Source of the DNA: Candidatus Bathyarchaeum tardum
Lineage (GTDB): Archaea > Thermoproteota > Bathyarchaeia > Bathyarchaeales > Bathyarchaeaceae
Direction of reading: 5' to 3'
DNA length: 64,000 nucleotides
Assembly: GCA_024650005.2 (NCBI GenBank)
Contig: CP122380.1
Span: forward strand, 1,824,001-1,888,000
Shown: positions 22,101 to 31,142 of the stretch, piece after piece
Numbering within the stretch: the first letter of the stretch is position 1
How the letters are laid out: every line of letters begins with the position of its first letter
Position numbers and translations under genes: made by a program
Notes under the pieces: generated by a model
What the model was told of the DNA's origin: nothing
Database searches by the model: none
What the model saw: the letters and a program-made list of their open reading frames with translations, nothing else

Positions 22101-22513
22101 ATGTCCATCTTATCTCCTGTTTTCCAGTCATAAAATGAACCAAACACGTCAGAAAAATCGGTGGATATTCCGGCAAGTTCTGTTGAAGCATCAAACTGGG
22201 AACCCAACATTACAGGAACTTTCATTTTTAACTCCGACATTATTCCCACCGCATTCGGAGCTAAGGAACTGATTTTTTGTTCGTCTGCAACTGTTAAATA
22301 ACCACCCGTGGTTGCGTTTGCTACACTGAAGTCGACTTCGCCTTCATTTTGAAGCAAACTGGTAAGAAACGTATTTTGTAAGGTGTCTGTTGTGATTTGT
22401 ATTCCAACAAGTAATGTTACCCCCAAAGTTACTGCAAGTATGGCGCTCAAGTTCTTGGTTTTTCGTCTCCACAACGAGCGCCTTGCAACCATGAAACTAG
22501 ATTTAAGACCCAT
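19154..22513 (-). CDS. FtsX/MacB-type ABC permease (two fused halves)
   Basis: Two FtsX motifs (REFQTGVLRAVG and ERKREIGMMRAIG), large extracytoplasmic domains, C-terminal PAEALR. Confidence 0.92.
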   Translation of the reverse strand: MGLKSSFMVARRSLWRRKTKNLSAILAVTLGVTLLVGIQITTDTLQNTFLTSLLQNEGEVDFSVANATTGGYLTVADEQKISSLAPNAVGIMSELKMKVPVMLGSQFDASTELAGISTDFSDVFGSFYDWKTGDKMDIGDYLVDNTTVLLSSRLAENLGLDKDFTLPISLTTEFTNLTLTINIDPITGNFTAIPTYSTDRVEMTIAGIYDSNRPGIGSRYRGMIMGLENLQQWRSLQDPTRETDTIGSYLVALKTDHFTTEIDEDYLQEQIDLFEAVMPPDTYTVTSNRLTFFNIASIIMTLLSTMLGALGMLIMVTGILLITNVQLMNVEDREFQTGVLRAVGENRGGIFQSILIENVFQGILGGIFGLAGGLAFGQGVALYLVNLFGTGRLSVQPVVSEQVVVLSVLVGVGLGIITGILPALRASRVNIVDALRGIKSSFEEKSGRNLTLLGVLTIIAGTAVLLFYGVIDDSHQAIWLTEGWNSVEEWQNILIGTFLLFSGLGVVLSRYISKTKALNITAIAIWAIPMFLFTVAMGEWIEDVSRLAQNILMIGVMEIIIGSVMLVSANLSIIMNGLRSLLVKLRGLKGVGQIAPSLISSHKSRSTLTFAIFAVIMTLNVTVATLVPTNLSSVMETEEDSRGIDLIVFLNKPEAQIAGTSYVEELYKLNDQITDIIPFKTFSTITDYQKFLAVSNPYSPEFNAQTDLLPIGYGEITSEQIRGNATDASVSDWRYDFYLSGFPDGVTQPDGTDDVTDAKLLEMSKEAWDLFFDPAFTMAAYNVTIAELLAEDRELDDIDLSGLGGYSGNKLKDVEVLRYDNGTVIKNPVVFTDSFILPLGMQIWVPMNTSAFGVPAYQAFTIAGRLDGSRAGGFPLSSVSISSLTSGGSFDYVDLLGKIYFTEYWANQTNFLGEADGVTSTSRAPDQYDYFLIKTSYEMNDPELASIAQSIEEFTNTNDEGYRDLASDNFYVASSTVLYSKVESSLEMVNRVVSFLQIYVTFGLGIGAVGMAVISVRNVSERKREIGMMRAIGFPRSQVMISVLLELVVLGVIGLLIGVANGVLIGVGFANMQGTALIIPWNDIAVYLGFITLIALAAGAIPGWFASRIPPAEALRYVG

Positions 22514-22524
22514 GTTCTATTCCT

Positions 22525-23082
22525 CTAAATTATTGCCTGCGGTTTGGTTTTTTCTTGGATTCTTTCGAAAATTATTTCAAGTCCGTCCGCACATTTATTC
22601 AAAAGTTTTTCGATTTGTTTTTCATCTTGTTCGGTTAGTTTGATTTTGGCTTGACGAAGGTCCAAAAGCTTTGCAACCACTCTTTGAGCAGGTTTTCTGG
22701 TTCCTGACAATATTTTTTCGTCATTAGGATCAAAACGGAACCCGCCGATAAGCAAAGGGACTATAAACTCGAGTTTATTCAACAGTTTTTGTCCAAAATT
22801 TACCTGTTTTTCGAAGAACTGTTTTCCTTTTGATGTGATAGCGTATCTTTTGATTCCTGTGTCTTCACTGGGTTCTTCGACGGTGTAACCTCTTTCCTGT
22901 AGTTTGGCTAGAAGGGGGTAAACTGAACCTGAACTTGGTTTCCATCGCCCATTTGTTTCTGCTTCAATTACTTCAACAATTTCTACGCCTGACATGGGTT
23001 TGTTCATGAGCATGTTTATGACCAAAAACCGTAACAGGCCACGCGGAACTCCGCTTGTTCTTGTTGTCCACCCTTGACTCAT
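22525..23082 (-). CDS. PadR family transcriptional regulator
   Basis: PRGLLRF, WKPSSGSVYPLL, YAITSKG. Confidence 0.92.
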   Translation of the reverse strand: MSQGWTTRTSGVPRGLLRFLVINMLMNKPMSGVEIVEVIEAETNGRWKPSSGSVYPLLAKLQERGYTVEEPSEDTGIKRYAITSKGKQFFEKQVNFGQKLLNKLEFIVPLLIGGFRFDPNDEKILSGTRKPAQRVVAKLLDLRQAKIKLTEQDEKQIEKLLNKCADGLEIIFERIQEKTKPQAII

Positions 23083-23092
23083 CGTATCACCA

Positions 23093-23114
23093 GTGATGTC
23101 GCTAAAGACATCAC
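23093..23114. promoter_or_regulatory. putative PadR operator
   Basis: Perfect inverted repeat GTGATGTC-N6-GACATCAC between the minus-strand TATA-like box (~23121-23127) and the padR start. Confidence 0.65.
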
Positions 23115-23300
23115 AAGCGATATTTAACTGTTATTGCAGTTACGTCCATAGGCATAATTAGTATTAACAATTTAATACTTAATTTTTTGCTTTTTATTCT
23201 AAATGGTTATTTCAAAATTTTTTGTAAACAGTTTTAAGTTACACAAATTCAAGTATACTTATAGAAAACATGAAAACCTGCATGTAACTAACAACTGTAG

Positions 23301-23852
23301 ATGTTGTCTGGACGGTTAACATTAATGATAGAGCCAAAGCAACTAATAAAAGAAAATAAGTTTGTTGGCGTTGACTTTGAAAAATGCACAGGCTGCCGAG
23401 TTTGTGAGCTTGTTTGTGCCCTGCAAAAAGAGAATAGTTTTGACCCTAAACTTTCCAGAATCAAGGTTTTGCGTTTACATCAACTGGTTAACTTGCCGGT
23501 AGCATGCAGGCTCTGTGACGATGCTCCATGTGTTCGGGCATGCCCTAGGGATGCTTTGAGTCAAGACGAAAAAACTGGAGTAATTTCTGTGGATGACTCT
23601 AAATGTGACATGTGCGGCTGGTGCATCGAAGCTTGCAAGTATGGTGCCATGTTTTTGAGTGAAGACAAAAAAACAGTTAAAGTCTGTGACCTTTGCGAAG
23701 GAATCCCCCAATGCATTGAGTGGTGTCCTGAATCTGCATTAAGTTTGATGACTCAAGAAGAGTTTGATGAAAAAACGCGAAAGGCTACAGTTAAAAAATT
23801 GATCCCACAAACATGGAAAGGTGAACAAAATGTCCCTTCTGAAAAAGCTTGA
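23301..23852 (+). CDS. 4Fe-4S dicluster (DmsB/HycB/CooF-like) electron-transfer protein
   Basis: Four Cys clusters: CTGCRVC, CRLCDDAPC, CDMCGWC, CDLC..C..WCP. Confidence 0.9.
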   Translation: MLSGRLTLMIEPKQLIKENKFVGVDFEKCTGCRVCELVCALQKENSFDPKLSRIKVLRLHQLVNLPVACRLCDDAPCVRACPRDALSQDEKTGVISVDDSKCDMCGWCIEACKYGAMFLSEDKKTVKVCDLCEGIPQCIEWCPESALSLMTQEEFDEKTRKATVKKLIPQTWKGEQNVPSEKA

Positions 23853-24120
23853 AGAATTAGGTTACAAGCCAAAAAAAGCTGAAGAAAAAGAAGATACCAG
23901 TGCTGAAACAGAAGATATCTTAAAGAACATTAAAAACAGTGAAACCAAACAGCAGATTTTGAATTTGTTGCTTGAAGCCCTTTCTGAAACAGATCCCCGA
24001 GAAATCCTTGTTTACGGAATGTACGTCAAAAAATATTTCAGCCCAATAATCGGGGGCAAACAAAAAGACAACATCGAAAAAACTTTAGAGCTACTAATAG
24101 AAACCCTAAACAAGCAATGA
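23830..24120 (+). CDS. hypothetical protein
   Basis: ATG after AGGTGA, overlaps the end of the Fe-S gene. Confidence 0.65.
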   Translation: MSLLKKLEELGYKPKKAEEKEDTSAETEDILKNIKNSETKQQILNLLLEALSETDPREILVYGMYVKKYFSPIIGGKQKDNIEKTLELLIETLNKQ

Positions 24121-24354
24121 ACGTGCTAGTCGCAATAGCTTTTGTGGTGTATTTTTCTGAAAAAATTGTTTTCAATATAGCCCCGTTATTAAGTATCATA
24201 CTAGTGTTCGAACAGCAGTTGAATGTTGAAAAACAGATTTTTCTGAATTTTTCTGCACAGCACACAACTAAGTCCATAGTTCACACTTCTGTGCAAAACA
24301 TACGTATTCAAATAGTATAGTTTATTGTTAGATTTTGTCTGGCAGGTTAGTCGA

Positions 24355-24813
24355 ATGAATCCGGTTGTTGTTTTTTCATCAAAGGGGGGCAACACAGAAA
24401 ATGTTGCCCGAGAAATTGCCCAAGAATTAAACTGTGAAGCCATAAAACTTTCTGAAGAACCAGATTTTTCAAAAGGTCAACTCAAAGATTATAACATGGT
24501 TTTTCTTGGCACTTGGGTTCGGGGCGGGCATGCAAGTCATGAGATGATTAAGTTTTTAGAACAATTGAATTTTGGAGATAGCAACAGACAATTCGCCCTT
24601 TTCATGACATGGGCAGGGGGCGGCAAAAGTGATGCTTGGACATTTATGAAAGTAAAAGATATTCTCCAAGCAAAAAATCAAAAATTACTTCCAGACTACT
24701 ACAGATGCTTCGGCAAAACCTTTGGCTTCGCCAGAAAAGGTCACCCAAATAAACAAGAATTAACAGAGTCCAGAAAATGGGCAAAAAATTTGGTTGACCA
24801 AGAAATTGAATAA
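24355..24813 (+). CDS. flavodoxin family protein
   Basis: FSSKGGNTENVA FMN-binding loop, VFLGTW, ALFMTWAG. Confidence 0.88.
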   Translation: MNPVVVFSSKGGNTENVAREIAQELNCEAIKLSEEPDFSKGQLKDYNMVFLGTWVRGGHASHEMIKFLEQLNFGDSNRQFALFMTWAGGGKSDAWTFMKVKDILQAKNQKLLPDYYRCFGKTFGFARKGHPNKQELTESRKWAKNLVDQEIE

Positions 24814-24873
24814 GCCGAGGATGTTCTCACTAAGTAATGGAACAAAATTTGGTGTATTAAGGAGTTGGGTTGT

Positions 24874-25260
24874 ATGAAGGAAAAATTTTGTACAGCAATA
24901 AATTGTATGGATGGGAGGATTCAGCTTCCAGTGATTAATTATTTGAAGTCCAAGTTAAAACTAGATTTTGTTGACGTTATTACTGTTCCAGGTCCAAACA
25001 AAATTTTGTCGGAAGGATTAGACACTCAAACAATTGAAAAAATAAAGAGTTGTGTTGAAATTTCGGTGAAAAAACATGGTTCGGGGGTTGTTGCGTTATC
25101 TGCCCATCATGATTGTGCAGGGAACCCTGTGGGAAAACAGGTTCAACTAGAACAGCTTTTGTCTTCAGTTGAAGTAGTTAAATCTTGGAATTTTAACGTC
25201 AAACTTGTTGTTTTATGGATTGACAAAAACTGGGAAATAAAGGAATTATCCATAGAATAA
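24874..25260 (+). CDS. small beta-class-like carbonic anhydrase
   Basis: NCMDGR and HHDCAGN zinc-ligand motifs. Confidence 0.75.
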   Translation: MKEKFCTAINCMDGRIQLPVINYLKSKLKLDFVDVITVPGPNKILSEGLDTQTIEKIKSCVEISVKKHGSGVVALSAHHDCAGNPVGKQVQLEQLLSSVEVVKSWNFNVKLVVLWIDKNWEIKELSIE

Positions 25261-25340
25261 TCTGTATACCAGCAATCCAACTTTACAATACAAGATACGG
25301 GTTCAGAAAGGTTATAGTTTGTGACTAAAAGACTGCCTGT

Positions 25341-26096
25341 TTGCAGGATGTTCCCAGTTTGGTTGGCAAAAATGTTGTTTTTGTTTTGTTCTCCGTTTTT
25401 AGTGTGTTTTTGTTGTGTTCAGGTTTAGTTTTTGCTCAAACTGGAACAGTGGGTGTCAATGAGGGGGATTGGTTCACTTACGGTTTTAGTTTTGATTTTT
25501 ATTCTGAAGATTCTGAAATGGAAATGCCCGAGGATGTTCCTTTTGGTTACTTGGCTGAGGGGGAGGTTATCAGGTTTGATGTTTTGGGGGTTTCGGGTTC
25601 TAATGTTTCGGGTCAGTTTTCTGTAAATTATGAAAACGGAACCCAAGAAGTCATAACTGGTTGGGTTGACGTCGCCACGGGTGAGGGAGAATTTGCCAAT
25701 TGGTTGATTTCTTCGGGTCTTGATGCGGGGGATTTTGTTTATCCGTCAATGATGGATGAAATGATAAACGAAACAGTAATGCTTGAAACCTCTGCAGGTA
25801 TGATAGAAACTAGCCATATTGAATACTCCATGGGAGAACCAGTAGGGGATACTTACTACGTGTTTGGAGTAAACATATACTGGGACCGACAAACAGGAGT
25901 TCTGGTGGAAATGAGTTTTGAGTCAGAAATGATGCTTCTTGGAAACTTAACTACCGCCTCGGGAGGATGGAAACTAACTGGATCAAACATAACAACGATC
26001 CCAGAATTTTTTGCTCCAGCCTTAATCACAACATTTGTAGCGACAACAGTTGCAGTTTTTGTCATCAAAAAAGCAAATTTAATGCAAATCAAGTAG
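25341..26096 (+). CDS. secreted/surface protein with PEF-CTERM-like sorting signal
   Basis: Signal peptide, VGVNEGDWFTY, YWDRQTGVL, C-terminal IPEF + transmembrane segment + KK. Confidence 0.8.
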   Translation: MQDVPSLVGKNVVFVLFSVFSVFLLCSGLVFAQTGTVGVNEGDWFTYGFSFDFYSEDSEMEMPEDVPFGYLAEGEVIRFDVLGVSGSNVSGQFSVNYENGTQEVITGWVDVATGEGEFANWLISSGLDAGDFVYPSMMDEMINETVMLETSAGMIETSHIEYSMGEPVGDTYYVFGVNIYWDRQTGVLVEMSFESEMMLLGNLTTASGGWKLTGSNITTIPEFFAPALITTFVATTVAVFVIKKANLMQIK

Positions 26097-26300
26097 TTCT
26101 GTGAATTCTTTTACTTGTTCACGTAACTGTTGAACGTCCGATTCCAAACAATCCAAAATCTTTTGTGCTTTTTGTTTGAGATTTTCAAGTTCCACTAACA
26201 GCTCAATTTTTTCAAGTTGAAGCGTTGAAACCTGTTTTCGAATTTCCCTCAAAGTGCGCATTGGAATAGCCACATCCATGTTGCTTCGAAAAATGTTCAA
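26079..26300 (-). CDS. small coiled-coil protein
   Basis: Strong leucine heptad pattern; start uncertain. Confidence 0.6.
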   Translation of the reverse strand: MNIFRSNMDVAIPMRTLREIRKQVSTLQLEKIELLVELENLKQKAQKILDCLESDVQQLREQVKEFTELLDLH

Positions 26301-26425
26301 AGCAAGAATCTGATGATAAAAATATCATGAATTGGAGTAAAAACTTTTGCATGGTAAAAATTGATAAATCTTCCAGAAAGCTTTAAGCTACAAATGGAAT
26401 TACCATGTGTTGGGGTAAACACTAG

Positions 26426-26719
26426 TTGAGAATGAGAACAATACTGGCTTATTTTCAGTTAGTGAATTTTTTGGTCATGATTTTTATGACAGTTTTTGTT
26501 TTGTCTACTTATTGGGGACAACTTCAAGACTGGTGGCTACTGCTTTACAGCTACTATGTGATATTGGGATGTTCAGGAGTAATCATTTCAGCATGGATAG
26601 GAATAGACGGTAAACGCCTAGAAAACTATGCAACTAAAATCCGAAAACTCGAACAAAAACTGATAGACCTAGAAAAGAAAATCAGGTTAATTTCTCCCCG
26701 ACAAAAAGAAAAACAGTAA
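26426..26719 (+). CDS. small two-TM membrane protein with coiled-coil tail
   Basis: Two hydrophobic helices followed by IRKLEQKLIDLEKKI. Confidence 0.65.
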   Translation: MRMRTILAYFQLVNFLVMIFMTVFVLSTYWGQLQDWWLLLYSYYVILGCSGVIISAWIGIDGKRLENYATKIRKLEQKLIDLEKKIRLISPRQKEKQ

Positions 26720-26720
26720 A

Positions 26721-27662
26721 CTATGTTGTTTCAAGAATCCACGGATACTTTCTGTTAATCAACTCATTTACTGAATTTGGAGCAACTATGCCTTCTTCAC
26801 AGATTATTCCGTGAATAAACTCACGCCTAGTCACATCAAAAGCAGGATTTCTGATAACTAAACCGTCAGGAGCAGAATCCCAAACTTCCGTGGGGTTTCT
26901 TTCTTCAATTTTTTCGTAATCTCCAAGAATCGTTGCAGGGTTAAATTTGAGCAACTCCGTGGCTACATAAAAGGGGGTTCGTGCCTCCTTAGCAGCAAGG
27001 GCAACCATGCTGGTTCCAATCTTGTTTATCACGTTCCCTTCAGAAGTTATCGCATCAGCCCCTACAACCACAAAATCAACCTTGTTAATAAAATGCCGAA
27101 CCGCAGAATCCACAAACATAGTCGTTTTGATTCCAGCATCTATCATCTCTTTTGCTGTTAATCTTCCCTGAAAAACTGGACGCGACTCCGTGCAAAACAA
27201 CTCAAACTGTTTTCCATCCAACTTGGCTTGCTTTAAAATCTTCATAACAGTAGAAGAATGACAATGAGTAAGAATCCGTGAATCATCAGAAATCCGCTTA
27301 GAACCCACAGATGCTATCATCTCCTTTGATTGTTTAAGGCGTTCCAAAAACTGGCCAGAAACTTCAGAAACAGTATCTACCAAATCGTGAACATCCATGC
27401 TATTGCTGGATTCTACAGACTGAATAACAAAACGAATAGCATTTCTCATCAAAGGCTCCGTTGAACGAGAAGCAAACAAAACGGTCTGAGCTTCAGAAAG
27501 CTCCTTTAACAATTCTTGTTTAGTATTAGCATTGGATTGTTTTGTTCCACGTTCCAACGATTTTATGGCTTCTATTGCTACGTTTCTTGCGCCTCGAATT
27601 TCTAGTCGTTTAATTTTTCCTGAAGTATCTAAAACAGCATCATACAACAAAAACAACCCCAT
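26721..27662 (-). CDS. e2b2: ribose-1,5-bisphosphate isomerase (eIF-2B family)
   Basis: IRGA, THCHS with catalytic Cys, ESRP..QG, GAD, NKIGT, NPAFD; RuBisCO and AMP phosphorylase nearby. Confidence 0.88.
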   Translation of the reverse strand: MGLFLLYDAVLDTSGKIKRLEIRGARNVAIEAIKSLERGTKQSNANTKQELLKELSEAQTVLFASRSTEPLMRNAIRFVIQSVESSNSMDVHDLVDTVSEVSGQFLERLKQSKEMIASVGSKRISDDSRILTHCHSSTVMKILKQAKLDGKQFELFCTESRPVFQGRLTAKEMIDAGIKTTMFVDSAVRHFINKVDFVVVGADAITSEGNVINKIGTSMVALAAKEARTPFYVATELLKFNPATILGDYEKIEERNPTEVWDSAPDGLVIRNPAFDVTRREFIHGIICEEGIVAPNSVNELINRKYPWILETT

Positions 27663-27748
27663 TAAACACGTAACAATAAATTAAGAGTGACTTAAAAATA
27701 TAAAACAAAAGAAAAAGAAAACCAGCAACTAAGCTGGATTTAAACGGG

Positions 27749-28657
27749 TTAACAGTTTTTGGAGATGTGGTCTTCGATTGCTTTGATGACTCCTTCACCT
27801 TTTTCTTGGACAGCTTCGTAGGTTTGTCCAATACTGTGAGGAGTAACTATAACACTTTCGTGCTGAATTAGCTGGCTTGCAATTTCATCTTCAAAGGGAG
27901 TCTTGGAAACCAGAACATCCAAAGCTGCTCCAACTTTTCCAGCATTCAACGAGTCAAGCAATGCTCTTTCGTTAATGATTCCACCTCGGGCAGTGTTTAC
28001 CAAAAACACGCCGTCTTTCATTATTGCGAGTTCTTTTTCTCCAATCAGGTCTCGGGTTCCGTTGGTTAAGGGACAGTTAACTGAAATGAAGTCAGCAGCT
28101 TTGACTAGGTCTTCCATGCAAACCAAAGTAACAGTTCCATCATCAGAGATACAAGGGTCAAACACAACAACGTTCATGCCCAAGGCACAGCCTAAACGGG
28201 CGACTTCACGTCCGATTTTTCCACATCCAACAACTCCCAGAGTTTTTCCTGTGACTCGGCAGCCAATCAATGAAGTTTTCTTCCATTGACCTTGTTTCAT
28301 TGACCGATCTCCTTCGACTAGGTTTGTTGCATGGGCAAGAATGTATGCAATAACTCCTTGGGCTACATCATATGATTGGGCGGGAACGTTATAGAAACTG
28401 ATTCCACGCTCTGCCAAGTAGGGTTGGTCAATATGGTCAAGACCATGAGTTGCTGTAATTACACATTCAAGTTTTTTCATTACATCAACAGTGTTTTTGT
28501 TGACTTTTGTTTTGCTGCGAACAACAAGTACAGTTACCTCTTCTAGGGGCAGATTATAATCGATGTCGCTTGATTGAAGTACTTTTCCAAATTTAGATAA
28601 TCGGTCAAGGAATTCTTTACCAAAGTTGTCGCAAACTAAGATTGTATGGTTGCTCAT
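27749..28657 (-). CDS. D-isomer 2-hydroxyacid dehydrogenase (short phosphoglycerate dehydrogenase-like)
   Basis: VRSKTKV, GCGKIG, NTARG, TPH; no ACT domain. Confidence 0.85.
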   Translation of the reverse strand: MSNHTILVCDNFGKEFLDRLSKFGKVLQSSDIDYNLPLEEVTVLVVRSKTKVNKNTVDVMKKLECVITATHGLDHIDQPYLAERGISFYNVPAQSYDVAQGVIAYILAHATNLVEGDRSMKQGQWKKTSLIGCRVTGKTLGVVGCGKIGREVARLGCALGMNVVVFDPCISDDGTVTLVCMEDLVKAADFISVNCPLTNGTRDLIGEKELAIMKDGVFLVNTARGGIINERALLDSLNAGKVGAALDVLVSKTPFEDEIASQLIQHESVIVTPHSIGQTYEAVQEKGEGVIKAIEDHISKNC

Positions 28658-28804
28658 TTCATTTCACACACTGTTTCTGTTGTAGGCAAGATGATCAGGG
28701 AAAAGCCCAAAAGGGCTGGAAAGTTCCCAAACGCCAAACAGTTATTAGCTCTGGGAAAAACACAGCCAATTATTTAAGCATTTATAGCTTAAACAACAGG
28801 TTAG

Positions 28805-29887
28805 CTAACAGTTCCAGCCAAGATTGTTCAATACTTTGGGCATTGTCTCCAGCATAGAATCAATAACTTGGAATGGAATGTAACCCATGTTACCAATTCT
28901 GAAGGTCGTGTTTTGTATGCTACCGTAGCCTTTTGCCACCTCAAAGCCTTCATTGCGCATGCCTTCGTAAATTGCAACACCATCAACTCCTTCGGGGGCA
29001 TTTACACAGTTCACGGTTGGGCTCTCGTAACCCACTTTGGGAAACATGGTTAACCCAAGTTTTTGAACACCCTCACGAATCCTGCAGTTACGTTCTGCGT
29101 ACAAGTCAAAGTACCACTGTTTTCCGCCTTTTGCTTCAATCAACTTCAAAATCGCATTCATTCCAGCGATTTGAGGAATGGTAGAAGTCATTGGAGTGCC
29201 CTTTTTCTTTTGGTTAAATTTTTCCCATACCTTGAAATCAAAATACCATCCCTTGTTTTGAACAGACGCAGACTTTTCTAGGGCAGCTTCGCTTACGGCG
29301 CCTACACTTAAACCAGGAGGAACCCCAAAACATTTTTGGGAGCTGGCAAAACAAACATCCAAACCCCACTTATCCACATCGATGGGAGTTCCACCCATAC
29401 AGCTTACTGAATCAACCAGAACCAGTTTCCCATGACTTTTTACTACAGCAGCAAGCTCAGCTAGATGATTCATTAAACCTACACTTGTTTCGTTGTGAGT
29501 AATGGTAACAGCTTCTACATCCTTGGTTTTGGAAAGTTTTTCATCCAACAGATCAGGAGTAATAGGCTGACCCAAAGGAACCTCAAGGGTTTCAACTTGT
29601 TTACCGTTTGCAGTTCCAGCTTCTGCGAAGCGTTCACCAAAACTTCCACAGATACAACTAAGCATTTTTTTGTTTACACAATTAAGAACCGATGCTTCCA
29701 TGAAACCGGAACCAGTGCTTGAAAACAAGAAAACTTCATTTTGGGTTTCTAAGAACCGTTGAAGCATTTCGACGGTTTCTACATGCAGTTTTTTGTATTC
29801 TGCACTGCGATGACTATACATTTGCATGCCCATTGCTTCTAAAACTTCGGGATAACATGCAACTGGACCAGCAGTAAACAACTTCAT
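28805..29887 (-). CDS. class V PLP aminotransferase (serine-glyoxylate or archaeal phosphoserine aminotransferase type)
   Basis: FTAGP, HNETS, DSVS, SQKCFGVPPG, FRIGNMG. Confidence 0.92.
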   Translation of the reverse strand: MKLFTAGPVACYPEVLEAMGMQMYSHRSAEYKKLHVETVEMLQRFLETQNEVFLFSSTGSGFMEASVLNCVNKKMLSCICGSFGERFAEAGTANGKQVETLEVPLGQPITPDLLDEKLSKTKDVEAVTITHNETSVGLMNHLAELAAVVKSHGKLVLVDSVSCMGGTPIDVDKWGLDVCFASSQKCFGVPPGLSVGAVSEAALEKSASVQNKGWYFDFKVWEKFNQKKKGTPMTSTIPQIAGMNAILKLIEAKGGKQWYFDLYAERNCRIREGVQKLGLTMFPKVGYESPTVNCVNAPEGVDGVAIYEGMRNEGFEVAKGYGSIQNTTFRIGNMGYIPFQVIDSMLETMPKVLNNLGWNC

Positions 29888-29972
29888 ATCATATCACCTT
29901 TACTTGTAGAAACAAGAAAAATGAAGTATTAAACTTTTCAGCTTCTACCAAAAAAGAAACAAATCAAGTCAA

Positions 29973-30998
29973 CTACGCTTTTTGTAACTCATTTTTGTAC
30001 AAAAATATCGCAGGCAACCCACCGGTATGGAAAAACACCACGTTATCAGTTTTTTTGAAGTAATTTTTATGGATTAAGTCAATTAACATAACCATTGCTT
30101 TTCCAGTGTATATGGGATCCAATAAGATTCCTTCAGTTTCAGCTACAAGTTTAAGGCTATCTGTTACTTCATTGTTGATTTTCCCGTAGCCCTCTTTGAT
30201 ATAATCATCAAAAACAATCACATCTTGTGCATTAACTGTTATATCAACATCAAAAAGCTTAGACGCACCATTCACCAATTTAACGATGTTATTTGTTGCA
30301 TCATCTCTGATTGCAAAAACGCTTGCTCCCACAATTTTTGTCGGTAAACCCAATAATTTGGCTCCAAAAATTAGGCCTGCTTGAGTTCCCCCTGTTCCAC
30401 AAGTGCAAACAATGTAATCAACAGGTTTTTCAAGAACATCAAACTGGTTAATTACTTCTTGCAGAGCAAGAGCATACCCAGGAACAGTATAAGACATAGT
30501 AGCCCCCACAGGAATGATAAAAGGCACATGACCTTTTGCACGGAATTGTCCTGCCAGGTTGTTCATGTATTCTTCAACATGGGGACCATAATTTTCGATA
30601 AAATGAATCTCAGCAGACAAGATTTTGTCCAAAAGCAAGTTTCCATCATATACTTCAGGTTCTTTTCCCACCAGAACCAAAACGGGCTTCATCCCAAGGC
30701 GTCTAGCAGCAGCCGAAACCATACATGCACAGTTTGACTGAACCGCCCCTGTGGAAATTACTATGTCGGCTCCTTGGTTTTGGGCTTCGGCAAATGAGAA
30801 CTCTAGTTTTCGGGCTTTATTTCCGCCGAAGGCAAGATCAGTCATGTCGTCCCGTTTAATGAATAGGTTTGGTCCACCTAGAGCTTTTGACAGTTTAGGC
30901 ATTTTCTGTAAGGGAGTGGGAAAACCAGCAAAACAGACTTTTTTACAGCGCATTTTTTTTAGTGCAGACAACGTATTAGGCTCATTCATGTTGTTCAC
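29973..30998 (-). CDS. D-cysteine desulfhydrase family PLP enzyme
   Basis: KRDD, GGNKARKL, QSN, GTGGT, DPIYTGKA (Thr, not the Glu of true ACC deaminases). Confidence 0.9.
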   Translation of the reverse strand: MNNMNEPNTLSALKKMRCKKVCFAGFPTPLQKMPKLSKALGGPNLFIKRDDMTDLAFGGNKARKLEFSFAEAQNQGADIVISTGAVQSNCACMVSAAARRLGMKPVLVLVGKEPEVYDGNLLLDKILSAEIHFIENYGPHVEEYMNNLAGQFRAKGHVPFIIPVGATMSYTVPGYALALQEVINQFDVLEKPVDYIVCTCGTGGTQAGLIFGAKLLGLPTKIVGASVFAIRDDATNNIVKLVNGASKLFDVDITVNAQDVIVFDDYIKEGYGKINNEVTDSLKLVAETEGILLDPIYTGKAMVMLIDLIHKNYFKKTDNVVFFHTGGLPAIFLYKNELQKA

Positions 30999-31142
30999 TT
31001 GCTCTTTGTGAAATACTAATTAGTTGATGTTGGTTGAATCTGTACTTTTCGGTTAAAAATATGTCAAAAACGGTAATAAACAATATACTAGAACCAAAAA
31101 TAGAAAGTTTTAATAGATTTATAAGGGGTCTCGGTTCAGGGA

